Source: Nitrospirales bacterium (GTDB lineage: Bacteria > Nitrospirota > Nitrospiria > Nitrospirales > UBA8639). From it: DNA of 64,000 bases. Of this stretch, positions 9,954-18,782 are shown in pieces. The first letter of the stretch is position 1. Each line of letters opens with the position of its first letter. Position numbers and translations under genes: made by a program. The DNA lies in the NCBI GenBank assembly GCA_021603905.1, contig BQIU01000005.1, positions 19,261-83,260 of the forward strand, read 5' to 3'. A model generated the notes under the pieces. That model was not told the origin of the DNA. It worked only from the letters and a program-made list of their open reading frames with translations, and did no database searches.

Positions 9954-11003
9954 TTACTGATTCCTAAGACGTGCCATCGTATGGGATTTTTCGATCTGAT
10001 GTGCCATAGCGACATATCCTGCTAGACTCAAATGCAAGTCGTTTGGTCCATATAAATCTATAATATCCTCTCTCACTTGTTTGAAGTAGGGTAATAGGTC
10101 AACGGTCACGATACCATATGCTCGAAGTGAAGCGTTAATGGCTTTTACCTTGCTTGTCACAATAGGGTCGGCAATGAGGTCTTCGTAGACACTAGTTTTG
10201 TCAGGTACAACAATAATTATTAACTCTATTCCTCGAACAGCAAGTCGGTTTTTAATAGCACGCACATTTTGGCTGGCTCTGTTGAATTGCTCAGGGTTCC
10301 AATCCTTACCATTCTTAACGGCATCCAGGAATATTGAGAGCAATCGATCAGAGCGTCGATTAGAGAAAAGGTCATGTTGTTTTAAAGGCTGATTATAGAC
10401 TTTGCCGTTAAAGAATGAATCTTCTGGCTTCAATGCCAAAGATAAGGTATTTTTGACGGTACGGTACAGATAGTCAGAGTTCAGTTCCGGATTTAATGGC
10501 TTCTTTTTAGACGAAGTATTATGTTCCTGAACTTTAATTTTTTGGGGTGTGATTTCACCGATTGTGCAATGGAAGTTATACAAGAATGTTTCAAGATATC
10601 CTTCCTCAATTCTTTCGATCATCACAAGTTTAAGCGATGAAGGTGCAGTGCTGAGCAACCACTCTATCCAATTCTCAACACAGCCAACATCACCAAAATG
10701 ATATGACTGATGCTTTAAGCCAGTTTTATCTGAAAGAACACTCTGCCAGTAGTTCCACCTTGAAAAGGAGTCTCCCAACACTAGAACATCTGGGTGAGGG
10801 GTAGGTTTCCCATTACCGTGAACATGAATGACAGGTTCTATCTTGAGGGCCCTGTAGTCCTGTTCGGACCAATGTCCCATTCGAGTTAGAATACCTTCTG
10901 GTTTTTTAATGTAAAATGCCAGTGCCAAATATATAAGGATGGGGACAAGAAATGCAAAAATAAACCCATACGATCCAGCATAATTAGAAGATGCCATCTT
11001 CAT
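9954..11003 (-). CDS. Membrane-anchored SGNH/AlgJ-AlgX-like protein (candidate glycan O-acetyltransferase component)
   Basis: The ORF track starts at 11072, but that overlaps the MBOAT gene. The in-frame ATG at 11003 (MKMASS...) lies just downstream of the MBOAT stop at 11014. One TM helix, VLVLGDSFSRW and C-terminal GPNDLHLSLAGY motifs. Confidence 0.5.
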   Translation of the reverse strand: MKMASSNYAGSYGFIFAFLVPILIYLALAFYIKKPEGILTRMGHWSEQDYRALKIEPVIHVHGNGKPTPHPDVLVLGDSFSRWNYWQSVLSDKTGLKHQSYHFGDVGCVENWIEWLLSTAPSSLKLVMIERIEEGYLETFLYNFHCTIGEITPQKIKVQEHNTSSKKKPLNPELNSDYLYRTVKNTLSLALKPEDSFFNGKVYNQPLKQHDLFSNRRSDRLLSIFLDAVKNGKDWNPEQFNRASQNVRAIKNRLAVRGIELIIIVVPDKTSVYEDLIADPIVTSKVKAINASLRAYGIVTVDLLPYFKQVREDIIDLYGPNDLHLSLAGYVAMAHQIEKSHTMARLRNQ

Positions 11004-11013
11004 TCTGCGACCA

Positions 11014-12561
11014 TCAAAACTGGTAATAGATGAATGGGCTAACCGTATGCATCTGCCCCCACATGACAACAAACAAGATTCCAGTTAGAAACCCTAAACT
11101 CACTAACGTATACGTCGATCGTTTTCTTTCAAAAAAGAAGGCTGTGATTTGTTGTGTATTGGGGAACGTCCAGATCATCAAAAACCCCATACCTAAAAGG
11201 AGAAAAAAAATCTGGTCATCTGAGAACACCAAAGTTGAGACACTTTCTGACCCTATGGTAAGCAGAGCCTGAAATCCAGCTGTTTGTAATTGTTGATATA
11301 AAATAGTTAGCTGTGCGGCAGATTTAATAGATACATCTATGCCATTTATGCCGAAACATCCTTTTAAGACGGCTATAGCAGACTCCCAAGTTTCTGCTCT
11401 AAAAAAAATCCAGGCTATTGCTACAGCAACAAATGTTAAAGCCGTTCCTCCAAGCCTGCCTAATAGTGTAGATGCTGGAAATACGGGAAGCTTTAATTTC
11501 TTTTTTAGTCCATCCCATCCATGGTTCACCAATAAAAATATTCCATGCAATCCACCCCATGCTACGAAATTCCAACTTGCTCCATGCCAAAGTCCCCCTA
11601 GGAGCATCGTGATTATGATATTGATATTTTGTCTTGGTCGGCCTTTTCGATTTCCTCCCAAAGGAATGTATAAATAATCTCGGAGAAACCGTGATAATGT
11701 CATGTGCCATCGACGCCAAAACTCTATAATGTTATGGGATTTATACGGTGAATTAAAATTAATAGGAAGATGAACACCAAATAGAAGTGATATGCCAATA
11801 GCCATATCTGAATAACCTGAAAAATCAAAATACAGTTGCATGGTATAGGCAAGTGTACCTGCCCAGGCTATCATGAAGGCAGGCTGTATGCCTTCTCGTG
11901 CGTTATCAAAAACTGGGCTAGCATATTCAGCAAAATTGTCAGCCAAAAAAACTTTCTTGCCTACTCCAATAGAAAACACCAATAGTCCGATGGCCAGTTT
12001 TTCTATTTGAACTTTAGGAATTCCTAAAGACGAAATCTGAGGCAACATCTCTTTGTGATGTAAGATAGGTCCCGCAATTAAATGAGGGAAATATGTCACA
12101 AAGAGTAAATAGTCAATGAAGTCGTACCGACAAGCCATGCCGCGATACACATCAACCAAAAAGGTAATCTGTGTGAAGGTGAAAATTGATATTCCAAGGG
12201 GGAGTGCTACGTTGACGAATGTGCCTTCCAATCCCGTAAGGCTGGTCATCGTAGAAATGAAGAAGTTCCCATACTTAAAATATATAAGGACTCCAAGGTT
12301 TCCTGCGATTGAGATCGAAAATAGGATTTTCGATGTGGCTGAATCTTTGCACTTTTCCAGTTGCAATCCCATAAGATAATTAAATGTCACAGAGGCTAAC
12401 ACCAACAGGACAAACTTGGGATTCCAATAGCCATAAAAAATAAGAGAGGCGACACACAACCACAACGCTGCCAGTTTGTGGTGAATACGAATTACTAAAT
12501 AGAACCCTATGAGAACTACCGGCAGAAAGATAAAAATAAATTTATAGGATGTAAAAAGCAT
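11014..12561 (-). CDS. MBOAT-family membrane O-acyltransferase (AlgI/DltB-like)
   Basis: 515 aa, polytopic. Hallmark region FWRRWHMTLSRFLRDYLYIPLGGNRKG ... GGLWHGASWNFVAWG containing the conserved MBOAT histidine. Confidence 0.85.
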   Translation of the reverse strand: MLFTSYKFIFIFLPVVLIGFYLVIRIHHKLAALWLCVASLIFYGYWNPKFVLLVLASVTFNYLMGLQLEKCKDSATSKILFSISIAGNLGVLIYFKYGNFFISTMTSLTGLEGTFVNVALPLGISIFTFTQITFLVDVYRGMACRYDFIDYLLFVTYFPHLIAGPILHHKEMLPQISSLGIPKVQIEKLAIGLLVFSIGVGKKVFLADNFAEYASPVFDNAREGIQPAFMIAWAGTLAYTMQLYFDFSGYSDMAIGISLLFGVHLPINFNSPYKSHNIIEFWRRWHMTLSRFLRDYLYIPLGGNRKGRPRQNINIIITMLLGGLWHGASWNFVAWGGLHGIFLLVNHGWDGLKKKLKLPVFPASTLLGRLGGTALTFVAVAIAWIFFRAETWESAIAVLKGCFGINGIDVSIKSAAQLTILYQQLQTAGFQALLTIGSESVSTLVFSDDQIFFLLLGMGFLMIWTFPNTQQITAFFFERKRSTYTLVSLGFLTGILFVVMWGQMHTVSPFIYYQF

Positions 12562-12906
12562 AGAGGGCTAAAGCTTGCGATACGCTATAGGAAATTGGGT
12601 TTGCATATAAACTACCTAACCATAATGTACTGAGACCTCGTGGCTGATGTGAAAACTATACAATCAATTTTCGTTTCAGTTTAATTATCGACTTGATGAG
12701 ATTCATTGCACTATGTGATTACAGGTAGGAGTCATTGAATTTTGATAGCGAACGTTTATCATCCAACAGTAAGTGTCAAGTCTAGACTGATGTGTGTGAT
12801 CATTTCCTTCAGATCTTATTGTTCTTGCATGGACTCAAAAGTCACAGAAAACTGGCTGAAGTTGGGGCAACGTTATTTGTAGAGTCATATTGAAGGTTAT
12901 CTTACT

Positions 12907-14103
12907 TTAATTTGCAATTTTCAGACATCGGTATCCATTGCCGCAGCTATCGGGTTTTCCCACGTTAATATCACGGTACCCTATTCCATGGATGTACACG
13001 TCAAGTGCAGTTTGGTTATCACTCAGATTTTTTTTATTCTTTATTTTTAGTTCCGAACCCGTTAATGCGGAAGGCCCGATTTCGATTGCAGAAAGCGGGT
13101 GATGATCATCACCTCCTCCAAGCTGCACCACTTCAGTTTTATCTATTTTGTTTTTAAAGAAAAACCGTGAATTACCGTTAGGCTGGAAAATGAAATTTTG
13201 GGAGTTCATTTCTTTTTCAATTCGAATATCATTCCCAGCCAGTCCCCAACGGGTGAAGTACGTGTCATTGTCTATTTCAAAGCTTAAATACCTATTACTG
13301 TAGGAATTATCTTCAGAAATGAAATCAAAATTTAATTCCATTAATCTTCGTCCATCTAATGGTTCATAGTTACTTTCCATGGATAATGCAAGATAGGGCA
13401 GATCACATATCACTTTTCGATGACTATTTCCTAAGCAATTCCCTTCTAGTCCCAGGCTATTATACGCAAGATAAAAAACGTCGTTTTTAGTGAACGTTCT
13501 ATTCATAAAGATGCCAAATGGTGCACGGTCATTTGTTGGAAATGCCAGTGACTTATTTGATCCACTTTTTTTGATTTCAGTATGGGCAGGAAGAGACTGT
13601 TGGTCTGCTCGGGAAATGTCCGCATCAATAAATGAAAAATATCCATCATTGCGTTTAGATTGCAGGCCGGCCTGGTAAGCTTTGGGATTAGCGTGATAAA
13701 AATCAATCAATTTTCCCAATGCGAATTCTAGTGACCAATTAGAAAAGTCAGTCATGGAATTGATGTCTGATTTTGATTTGGCTTGTAATTTTGCACGATT
13801 GGCTCGAAATTTTCTGTGGTTAAAACCAACTTTCCTGGCACTTGCTAGTAACATATTTTTCTGGTCAAGCATTTTGGCATAGGCTTCGGTTAAGTCATCT
13901 CCATACTTTTTCTCATTTGCCTCTAAATAACGGCGCTCTAATTTAATTTTTCTATCGACAGCAAGTTTGTATTTTGATAACTCTTCACTAAGATGCTTAA
14001 TGTTTTCGTCAAATCTTTTATTAAACGGAGCATCACTTTCCTTACTGCACCCTAGATGCGAAAATATAAGTAAAAACGAAAGTAGGAAAGTGAGAAGTTT
14101 CAT
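12907..14103 (-). CDS. Lipoprotein of unknown function
   Basis: Signal peptide plus lipobox MKLLTFLLSFLLIFSHLGC|S. 398 aa with no motif I recognise. Lies in a visibly AT-rich stretch flanked by ~350-nt intergenic gaps. Confidence 0.6.
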   Translation of the reverse strand: MKLLTFLLSFLLIFSHLGCSKESDAPFNKRFDENIKHLSEELSKYKLAVDRKIKLERRYLEANEKKYGDDLTEAYAKMLDQKNMLLASARKVGFNHRKFRANRAKLQAKSKSDINSMTDFSNWSLEFALGKLIDFYHANPKAYQAGLQSKRNDGYFSFIDADISRADQQSLPAHTEIKKSGSNKSLAFPTNDRAPFGIFMNRTFTKNDVFYLAYNSLGLEGNCLGNSHRKVICDLPYLALSMESNYEPLDGRRLMELNFDFISEDNSYSNRYLSFEIDNDTYFTRWGLAGNDIRIEKEMNSQNFIFQPNGNSRFFFKNKIDKTEVVQLGGGDDHHPLSAIEIGPSALTGSELKIKNKKNLSDNQTALDVYIHGIGYRDINVGKPDSCGNGYRCLKIAN

Positions 14104-14458
14104 GGTTGATTTTGGGGATTATTGTAAATAAATATCTAAAGGCCTATGTTCCTCTGAGATTTAAATTATCTTTATTTATTGTCCAATTAGCTGGACCATC
14201 CGAAATCAAGGCGTCAGTGATTGTAGTGTCCGTCGATATTAGATGAGAGCCCCGTGCGCTTGAGCATGGTTTTCTCGTTTTTCATGAGGCGCAGCTCTAA
14301 CTTATTTTAGTTTTTCGCAAGTAAGTTGATTCGACCTGTTTTTTTATTGCCTTCTCTTGGGTGACAAAACGATTCCATCATAGATGAGCTTATTAGGGGG
14401 AGATAGGTAGAGTTTAGAGTCATACAATCAATGCTGGAGCGTATGCGCAATGACACTC

Positions 14459-15991
14459 CTATAGCCGTTCAATTGTTCCAGAATGTGTAAGTCTAATAAT
14501 GCAAGAGGCTGATTTTCTGATTTCTTCAAGAGGTATTTTCCCTCCACCCAATTTAAAAAACACTTTCTGGTTTGGGTCATATGAAAATGATTGTTTTTCG
14601 ATAGGCATGGTTTCTAGGAACTTCTGCCTTGCAAATGATTGTCTCGACCATTGGAGGCCGAAGAATCGGCCAAATGTCTGGGTTGAAGAGTCTTGATGTG
14701 CTTGGATGCAGTGAGAGTATTTTTCCTCGACCAGCTTATTTCTTTGAGCAATCTCTGTTCCGAATACATTTTTCTGGATTTGTAGTTCATCAATGGTGGA
14801 TGCAATTTGGTTTACAGAAAACGCACTCATTGCTATGCCCGCCACTATTGCACTTGTTTGAAACAACCAGATGTGTGATTTATTATGTCTAAATGCGGAT
14901 TCAATGCTGAGTATCGCTATGACAAGTGTTACTCCGGATAAACCAAAAGATGGGATGAGATAACGTAACGATTGAGGATGTTTAGCTACAATGCCGAGCG
15001 CCAAAAAGTGAATAACAATGAGCCAAAGCAAAAGGAAGGAATGTTTATGTAACTCGCGAAGTCCTCGAAAGTTGATTAGATATGCAAAAATGGTGAGTGC
15101 AATGATGATCAGATACATCGGTTGAGCGAGTACAACTTCACCCAAGTCTGACAGATACTTTTGTGGGGCGATTACCGTTCGTTTTCCTTGCCCGTAGATG
15201 CCAGAGCCCATGACAAGATTAAATATCCATCGAAGAAAAGAATAATAAATTTTCGGATATAACAAAAACACCGACGTGAAAACAAATGCTCCCCCAATCA
15301 AATAGCGCACATATAACTTCAATGTTGAAATTGAGCGAAACAATGCGATAGGCATGAATAAAATGGGGAAAAAGGTTAGTTTTGTCGCAATCCCAAGTCC
15401 AGCTATCCAGCCAAACGCTTTGACTAGTTTGGGATCATCTGTTGCCTGATTCGAATTCATGGTGAATCCTATTAGGCATGTCAATATTGTTGATACAAAT
15501 ATAAGGAGTGGCTCCGGTGTCACTCGTCCTAAGGATGTAACTGTAATAGGAAATAGCAATGGGGATACTTGCACCAAAATTCCCAACTCCACCCTGTTGG
15601 TTTTCTGAAAAAAAACAACTCCAGCAGCGAATAATGCAATAATGTTCAGGGCAATGAGTGCGTTGCTAATGGAAAACAAATATATTTCGGGGTTTTGGAT
15701 TACAGCCTTCATAATCTCTATGGAGCTTTCAAACGGGTGGATGAACTTAATGACTAAGGCCCCTAATAACTGAACTGGAGTTCCTGGATGATCAACGTAG
15801 GCTGGAGAGAGAAAGTCTATTATGTTGAGGCTATTAAAAAGGTATGCGTAGTCAGGGTCATAATTTAGAAGAAAGTATGGTGTTGTGACATTTCTAACTT
15901 GAACTGCAATAAATGCTGTGCATAGCGGGATGATGAGCAATATAAAATACTTAATCAATAGCTTGTGGTAATTGATTATCCCCATAGTCAT
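14459..15991 (-). CDS. Polytopic membrane protein, possible GT-C-fold glycosyltransferase or polymerase
   Basis: 510 aa with about 12 hydrophobic helices followed by a ~130-aa soluble C-terminus. An acidic motif in the first predicted loop (NYDPDYAY) resembles the GT-C first-loop D/E motif. The function is an inference. Confidence 0.45.
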   Translation of the reverse strand: MTMGIINYHKLLIKYFILLIIPLCTAFIAVQVRNVTTPYFLLNYDPDYAYLFNSLNIIDFLSPAYVDHPGTPVQLLGALVIKFIHPFESSIEIMKAVIQNPEIYLFSISNALIALNIIALFAAGVVFFQKTNRVELGILVQVSPLLFPITVTSLGRVTPEPLLIFVSTILTCLIGFTMNSNQATDDPKLVKAFGWIAGLGIATKLTFFPILFMPIALFRSISTLKLYVRYLIGGAFVFTSVFLLYPKIYYSFLRWIFNLVMGSGIYGQGKRTVIAPQKYLSDLGEVVLAQPMYLIIIALTIFAYLINFRGLRELHKHSFLLLWLIVIHFLALGIVAKHPQSLRYLIPSFGLSGVTLVIAILSIESAFRHNKSHIWLFQTSAIVAGIAMSAFSVNQIASTIDELQIQKNVFGTEIAQRNKLVEEKYSHCIQAHQDSSTQTFGRFFGLQWSRQSFARQKFLETMPIEKQSFSYDPNQKVFFKLGGGKIPLEEIRKSASCIIRLTHSGTIERL

Positions 15992-16488
15992 GCGCCACAG
16001 ACTTACATTGACTACTTGTCCTCAACAAGAAACGAAGTTCTGAGATATTTTGGGGAACCAAAGGAAGCGATGGTGTGGTCTCAGGGTGTTAGTAATGGGA
16101 TGTTGCCTTAGAACTGCATGAGAGTCAACAGATTTTCATAAATATTCGATCAGTGGCCTTTTCGACAGAATTCCTGAGGTGAGAGTTTTCCTATTTACGA
16201 ACTACTTTTACTCTGCTTCATAACCGACATAATTGTTTTGTCCCAAATATGTGTAATTCTTTATCGAGCTGGAGGCAGTATTTTCTTTCTCTTCTTAATG
16301 TTTTTGTGCGGTGCGAATGGAATATTCTGTATTGTCCTATGTGCACAAAAAAGGTACATTAGATTTATTGCCGCCAAAGAGTCAGTTGAGGTCTGAGTTG
16401 GTCATGATCGCCCCAACCAGGGCAAGTTTAGAACGAACAGTACATCCATTCTATAGACGAGACATAGGTAGAAAAGAGCGCGTTTTCC

Positions 16489-17622
16489 TTGACCATCCTT
16501 CATATCATTCCAAGTTTTGCCCCAGCGTGGTCATATGGTGGCTCTGTGCAATCTGCCTACTTTCTTTGTATGGAGTTAGCAAGAAATGGAAATTTGGTTC
16601 GGGTCCTTACAACAAATTCTAATGGCTTAGGAAAAGACTTAACGATTACCCCTGACTGTGAACATGAACTCGTCAAGCGATTACAAGTCAGATATTGTCG
16701 TCGTCTGCTTCGTCATTCGATCTCTTTCAGTTTTCTGAAGGCACTGCCTTCGTACCTTCGTCAAGCTCAAGTTGTACACTTAACTGGCGTGTATTCTTTT
16801 CCCACTCTTCCGGTACTTTTTCTCTGTCAACAATGGGGTATTCCAGTCGTCTGGTCTCCAAGGGGGGGCTTTCAACGATGGAGTGGTTCTCGCCGTGTAT
16901 GGCTGAAGTCTGGATGGGAAATCTTTTGCAAGATACTTCTTCCGAAAAATCTTACTTTGCATTTGACATCTGATGGTGAGGCAACCGAAAGTCTAGAGAA
17001 GTTTCCTGGTGTTTCGACGAGTGTAATTCCAAATGGTGTAGAAATCCCTGAGGCACTACATCATACGAAAGAAAATGGCGTTTTACGTTTGTTGTATTTA
17101 GGCCGTTTGGATAAAAAGAAAGGTATTGAAAATTTATTGCTTGCCTGTCATCGACTTAAAGAGAAGCAACAACAAAGCTTCAAGTTAACCATAGCCGGGG
17201 AGGGATTGGAATCTTATGCTCTTTCGCTGCGAAAACTAGCTAGCGCGCATGGTCTCAACCCCCATGTCAACTTTGTTGGTCATGTAGACAACAAACAGAA
17301 GCGAAGTTTGTTTGAACAGACTGATTTAACCATCGTACCATCGTATACGGAAAACTTTGGAATAGTGGTGGCTGAGTCTCTTTCTTATGGGATTCCTGTA
17401 GTAGCTAGTACGGGAACTCCATGGAAACGTATGGAAGAAATTGGCTGTGGCTTATGGGTTAGTAATGATCCCGATTCGTTATCCCAAGCACTCGCTCATA
17501 TGTCCAGTATGAATTTGTCTGAAATGGGGCTTCGAGGTCGACTATGGATGGAACAAGAATTCTCCTGGGGTGCTATTGCAAAAAGAATGGGCGATTTATA
17601 CGAGCGGCATATAAGTGCGTGA
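16489..17622 (+). CDS. GT4-family (group 1) glycosyltransferase
   Basis: N-terminal ILHIIPSFAPAWSYGGS. C-terminal E-x7-E region PSYTENFGIVVAESLSYGIPVVAS. TTG start codon at 16489, with no in-frame ATG nearby. Confidence 0.8.
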   Translation: MTILHIIPSFAPAWSYGGSVQSAYFLCMELARNGNLVRVLTTNSNGLGKDLTITPDCEHELVKRLQVRYCRRLLRHSISFSFLKALPSYLRQAQVVHLTGVYSFPTLPVLFLCQQWGIPVVWSPRGGFQRWSGSRRVWLKSGWEIFCKILLPKNLTLHLTSDGEATESLEKFPGVSTSVIPNGVEIPEALHHTKENGVLRLLYLGRLDKKKGIENLLLACHRLKEKQQQSFKLTIAGEGLESYALSLRKLASAHGLNPHVNFVGHVDNKQKRSLFEQTDLTIVPSYTENFGIVVAESLSYGIPVVASTGTPWKRMEEIGCGLWVSNDPDSLSQALAHMSSMNLSEMGLRGRLWMEQEFSWGAIAKRMGDLYERHISA

Positions 17623-17847
17623 GGGAATGAAGTAAAGGGTTGTATCTCTCAATTTGTGTATTCGTATTTACCGTTTGCTTGTAGGCAACGTGTCTCTCCT
17701 CTAAGCGGTATGTACGAGTGCTTTTACTGAATGTTAGATTGACGCTACTGGTAGCGGAGTTGTGAAATATAAAGCTATAAAATGGCCATTGAGTAAGATG
17801 GTCTGGGCCTTTTTCTGCGAGAGTGAATATTTACGAAAGCAGGAAAT

Positions 17848-18288
17848 ATGAAGGTGTGCATTGTGTCATCCTGTGGGGGGCATTTGACTGAAGTACGTGC
17901 TTTGCAATCTGTGTATCAGGTGTATGACCACTTTTATGTCTTAAATGACAAGGTGAGTTTACCTGACGATATGGAAGGGAAAACCTATTTCATCATGCAT
18001 TCTGAACGCGATTGGAAGTTCTTCTGGAACCTTTGGGAAGCGTGGCGTATTCTTCGCTTAGAGCGCCCAAGGGTTTTGTTAAGTACTGGCGCTGGTCCGA
18101 TTGTGCCTTTCTCTATCATTGGCAAAGCACTCCGGATTCCTATCATTTTCGTTGAAACGTTCACTCGGGTTTCCTATCCGTCTTTGACGGGTCGCATTAT
18201 GTATCTGTTGGCCGATCGTTTTTTTTATCAGTGGAAATCCCTTGCGCAGTTTTTTCCCAAGGGAGTGTATTGTGGGCCACTTGTATGA
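17848..18288 (+). CDS. Alg14-like / PssD-type subunit of a split GT28-type glycosyltransferase
   Basis: 146 aa, MKVCIVSSCGGHLTE... pattern. RBS AGGAAA upstream. The stop overlaps the next start (ATGA at 18285-18288). Confidence 0.7.
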   Translation: MKVCIVSSCGGHLTEVRALQSVYQVYDHFYVLNDKVSLPDDMEGKTYFIMHSERDWKFFWNLWEAWRILRLERPRVLLSTGAGPIVPFSIIGKALRIPIIFVETFTRVSYPSLTGRIMYLLADRFFYQWKSLAQFFPKGVYCGPLV

Positions 18289-18782
18289 TTTTCGTAACGG
18301 TGGGAAATGCGCTCCAAGGATTTCCTCGATTATTGGAGGCTGTAGAACGTGAGGCTAAACAAGGTATCTTAAGCGGTGAAGACATACTGTTTCAATGCGG
18401 TCATACTAATGGGTTTTTTCCGGAAACCGGCCGACTCGTTTCTTTTCTCCCACTTGAAGAATTTGAGGGTAATATCCAGCAGGCCGAACTCGTCATAGCA
18501 CATGCTGGAGCAGGAACCTTAATTCATGTATTTCGTGCGGGGAAGGTTCCCTTGGTGATGCCTAGGCAGAAGCGATATGGAGAACATGTGGATGATCATC
18601 AATTGGAGTTCGTCGAAGCACTTGCTGCCCAGGGACGAGTCTTGCCAGTGTTAGACTCTGATGGACTAGGAAGCGTCATTGAATGTGCTAGGATACGGAC
18701 TAAAAAAACAGATCCCCTCATTGTTGAAAGTGGATTGCATCTCATCAGTGATGCCATAAAGGAAGTAATACATTGCCCATGA
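18285..18782 (+). CDS. Alg13-like / PssE-type catalytic subunit (GT28 C-terminal domain)
   Basis: The internal ATG at 18285 gives MIFVTVGNALQGFPRLL..., then AHAGAGTLIHV and the EHVDDHQLEF motif typical of Alg13/MurG-C-like proteins. Translationally coupled to the Alg14-like gene. Confidence 0.7.
   Translation: MIFVTVGNALQGFPRLLEAVEREAKQGILSGEDILFQCGHTNGFFPETGRLVSFLPLEEFEGNIQQAELVIAHAGAGTLIHVFRAGKVPLVMPRQKRYGEHVDDHQLEFVEALAAQGRVLPVLDSDGLGSVIECARIRTKKTDPLIVESGLHLISDAIKEVIHCP

Noticed and set aside
16311-16622. 103-aa plus-strand ORF overlapping the start of the GT4 gene
   Set aside because: It is out of frame with, and overlaps, a well-supported glycosyltransferase N-terminus. It has no motifs and sits in the divergent promoter region.
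17749-17764. ops/JUMPstart-like sequence (CTGGTAGCGGAGTTGTG) upstream of the Alg14-like gene
   Set aside because: It shares only the GGTAG core and does not match the ops consensus GGCGGTAGnnTG as I remember it. It is too weak to call an RfaH-dependent element.
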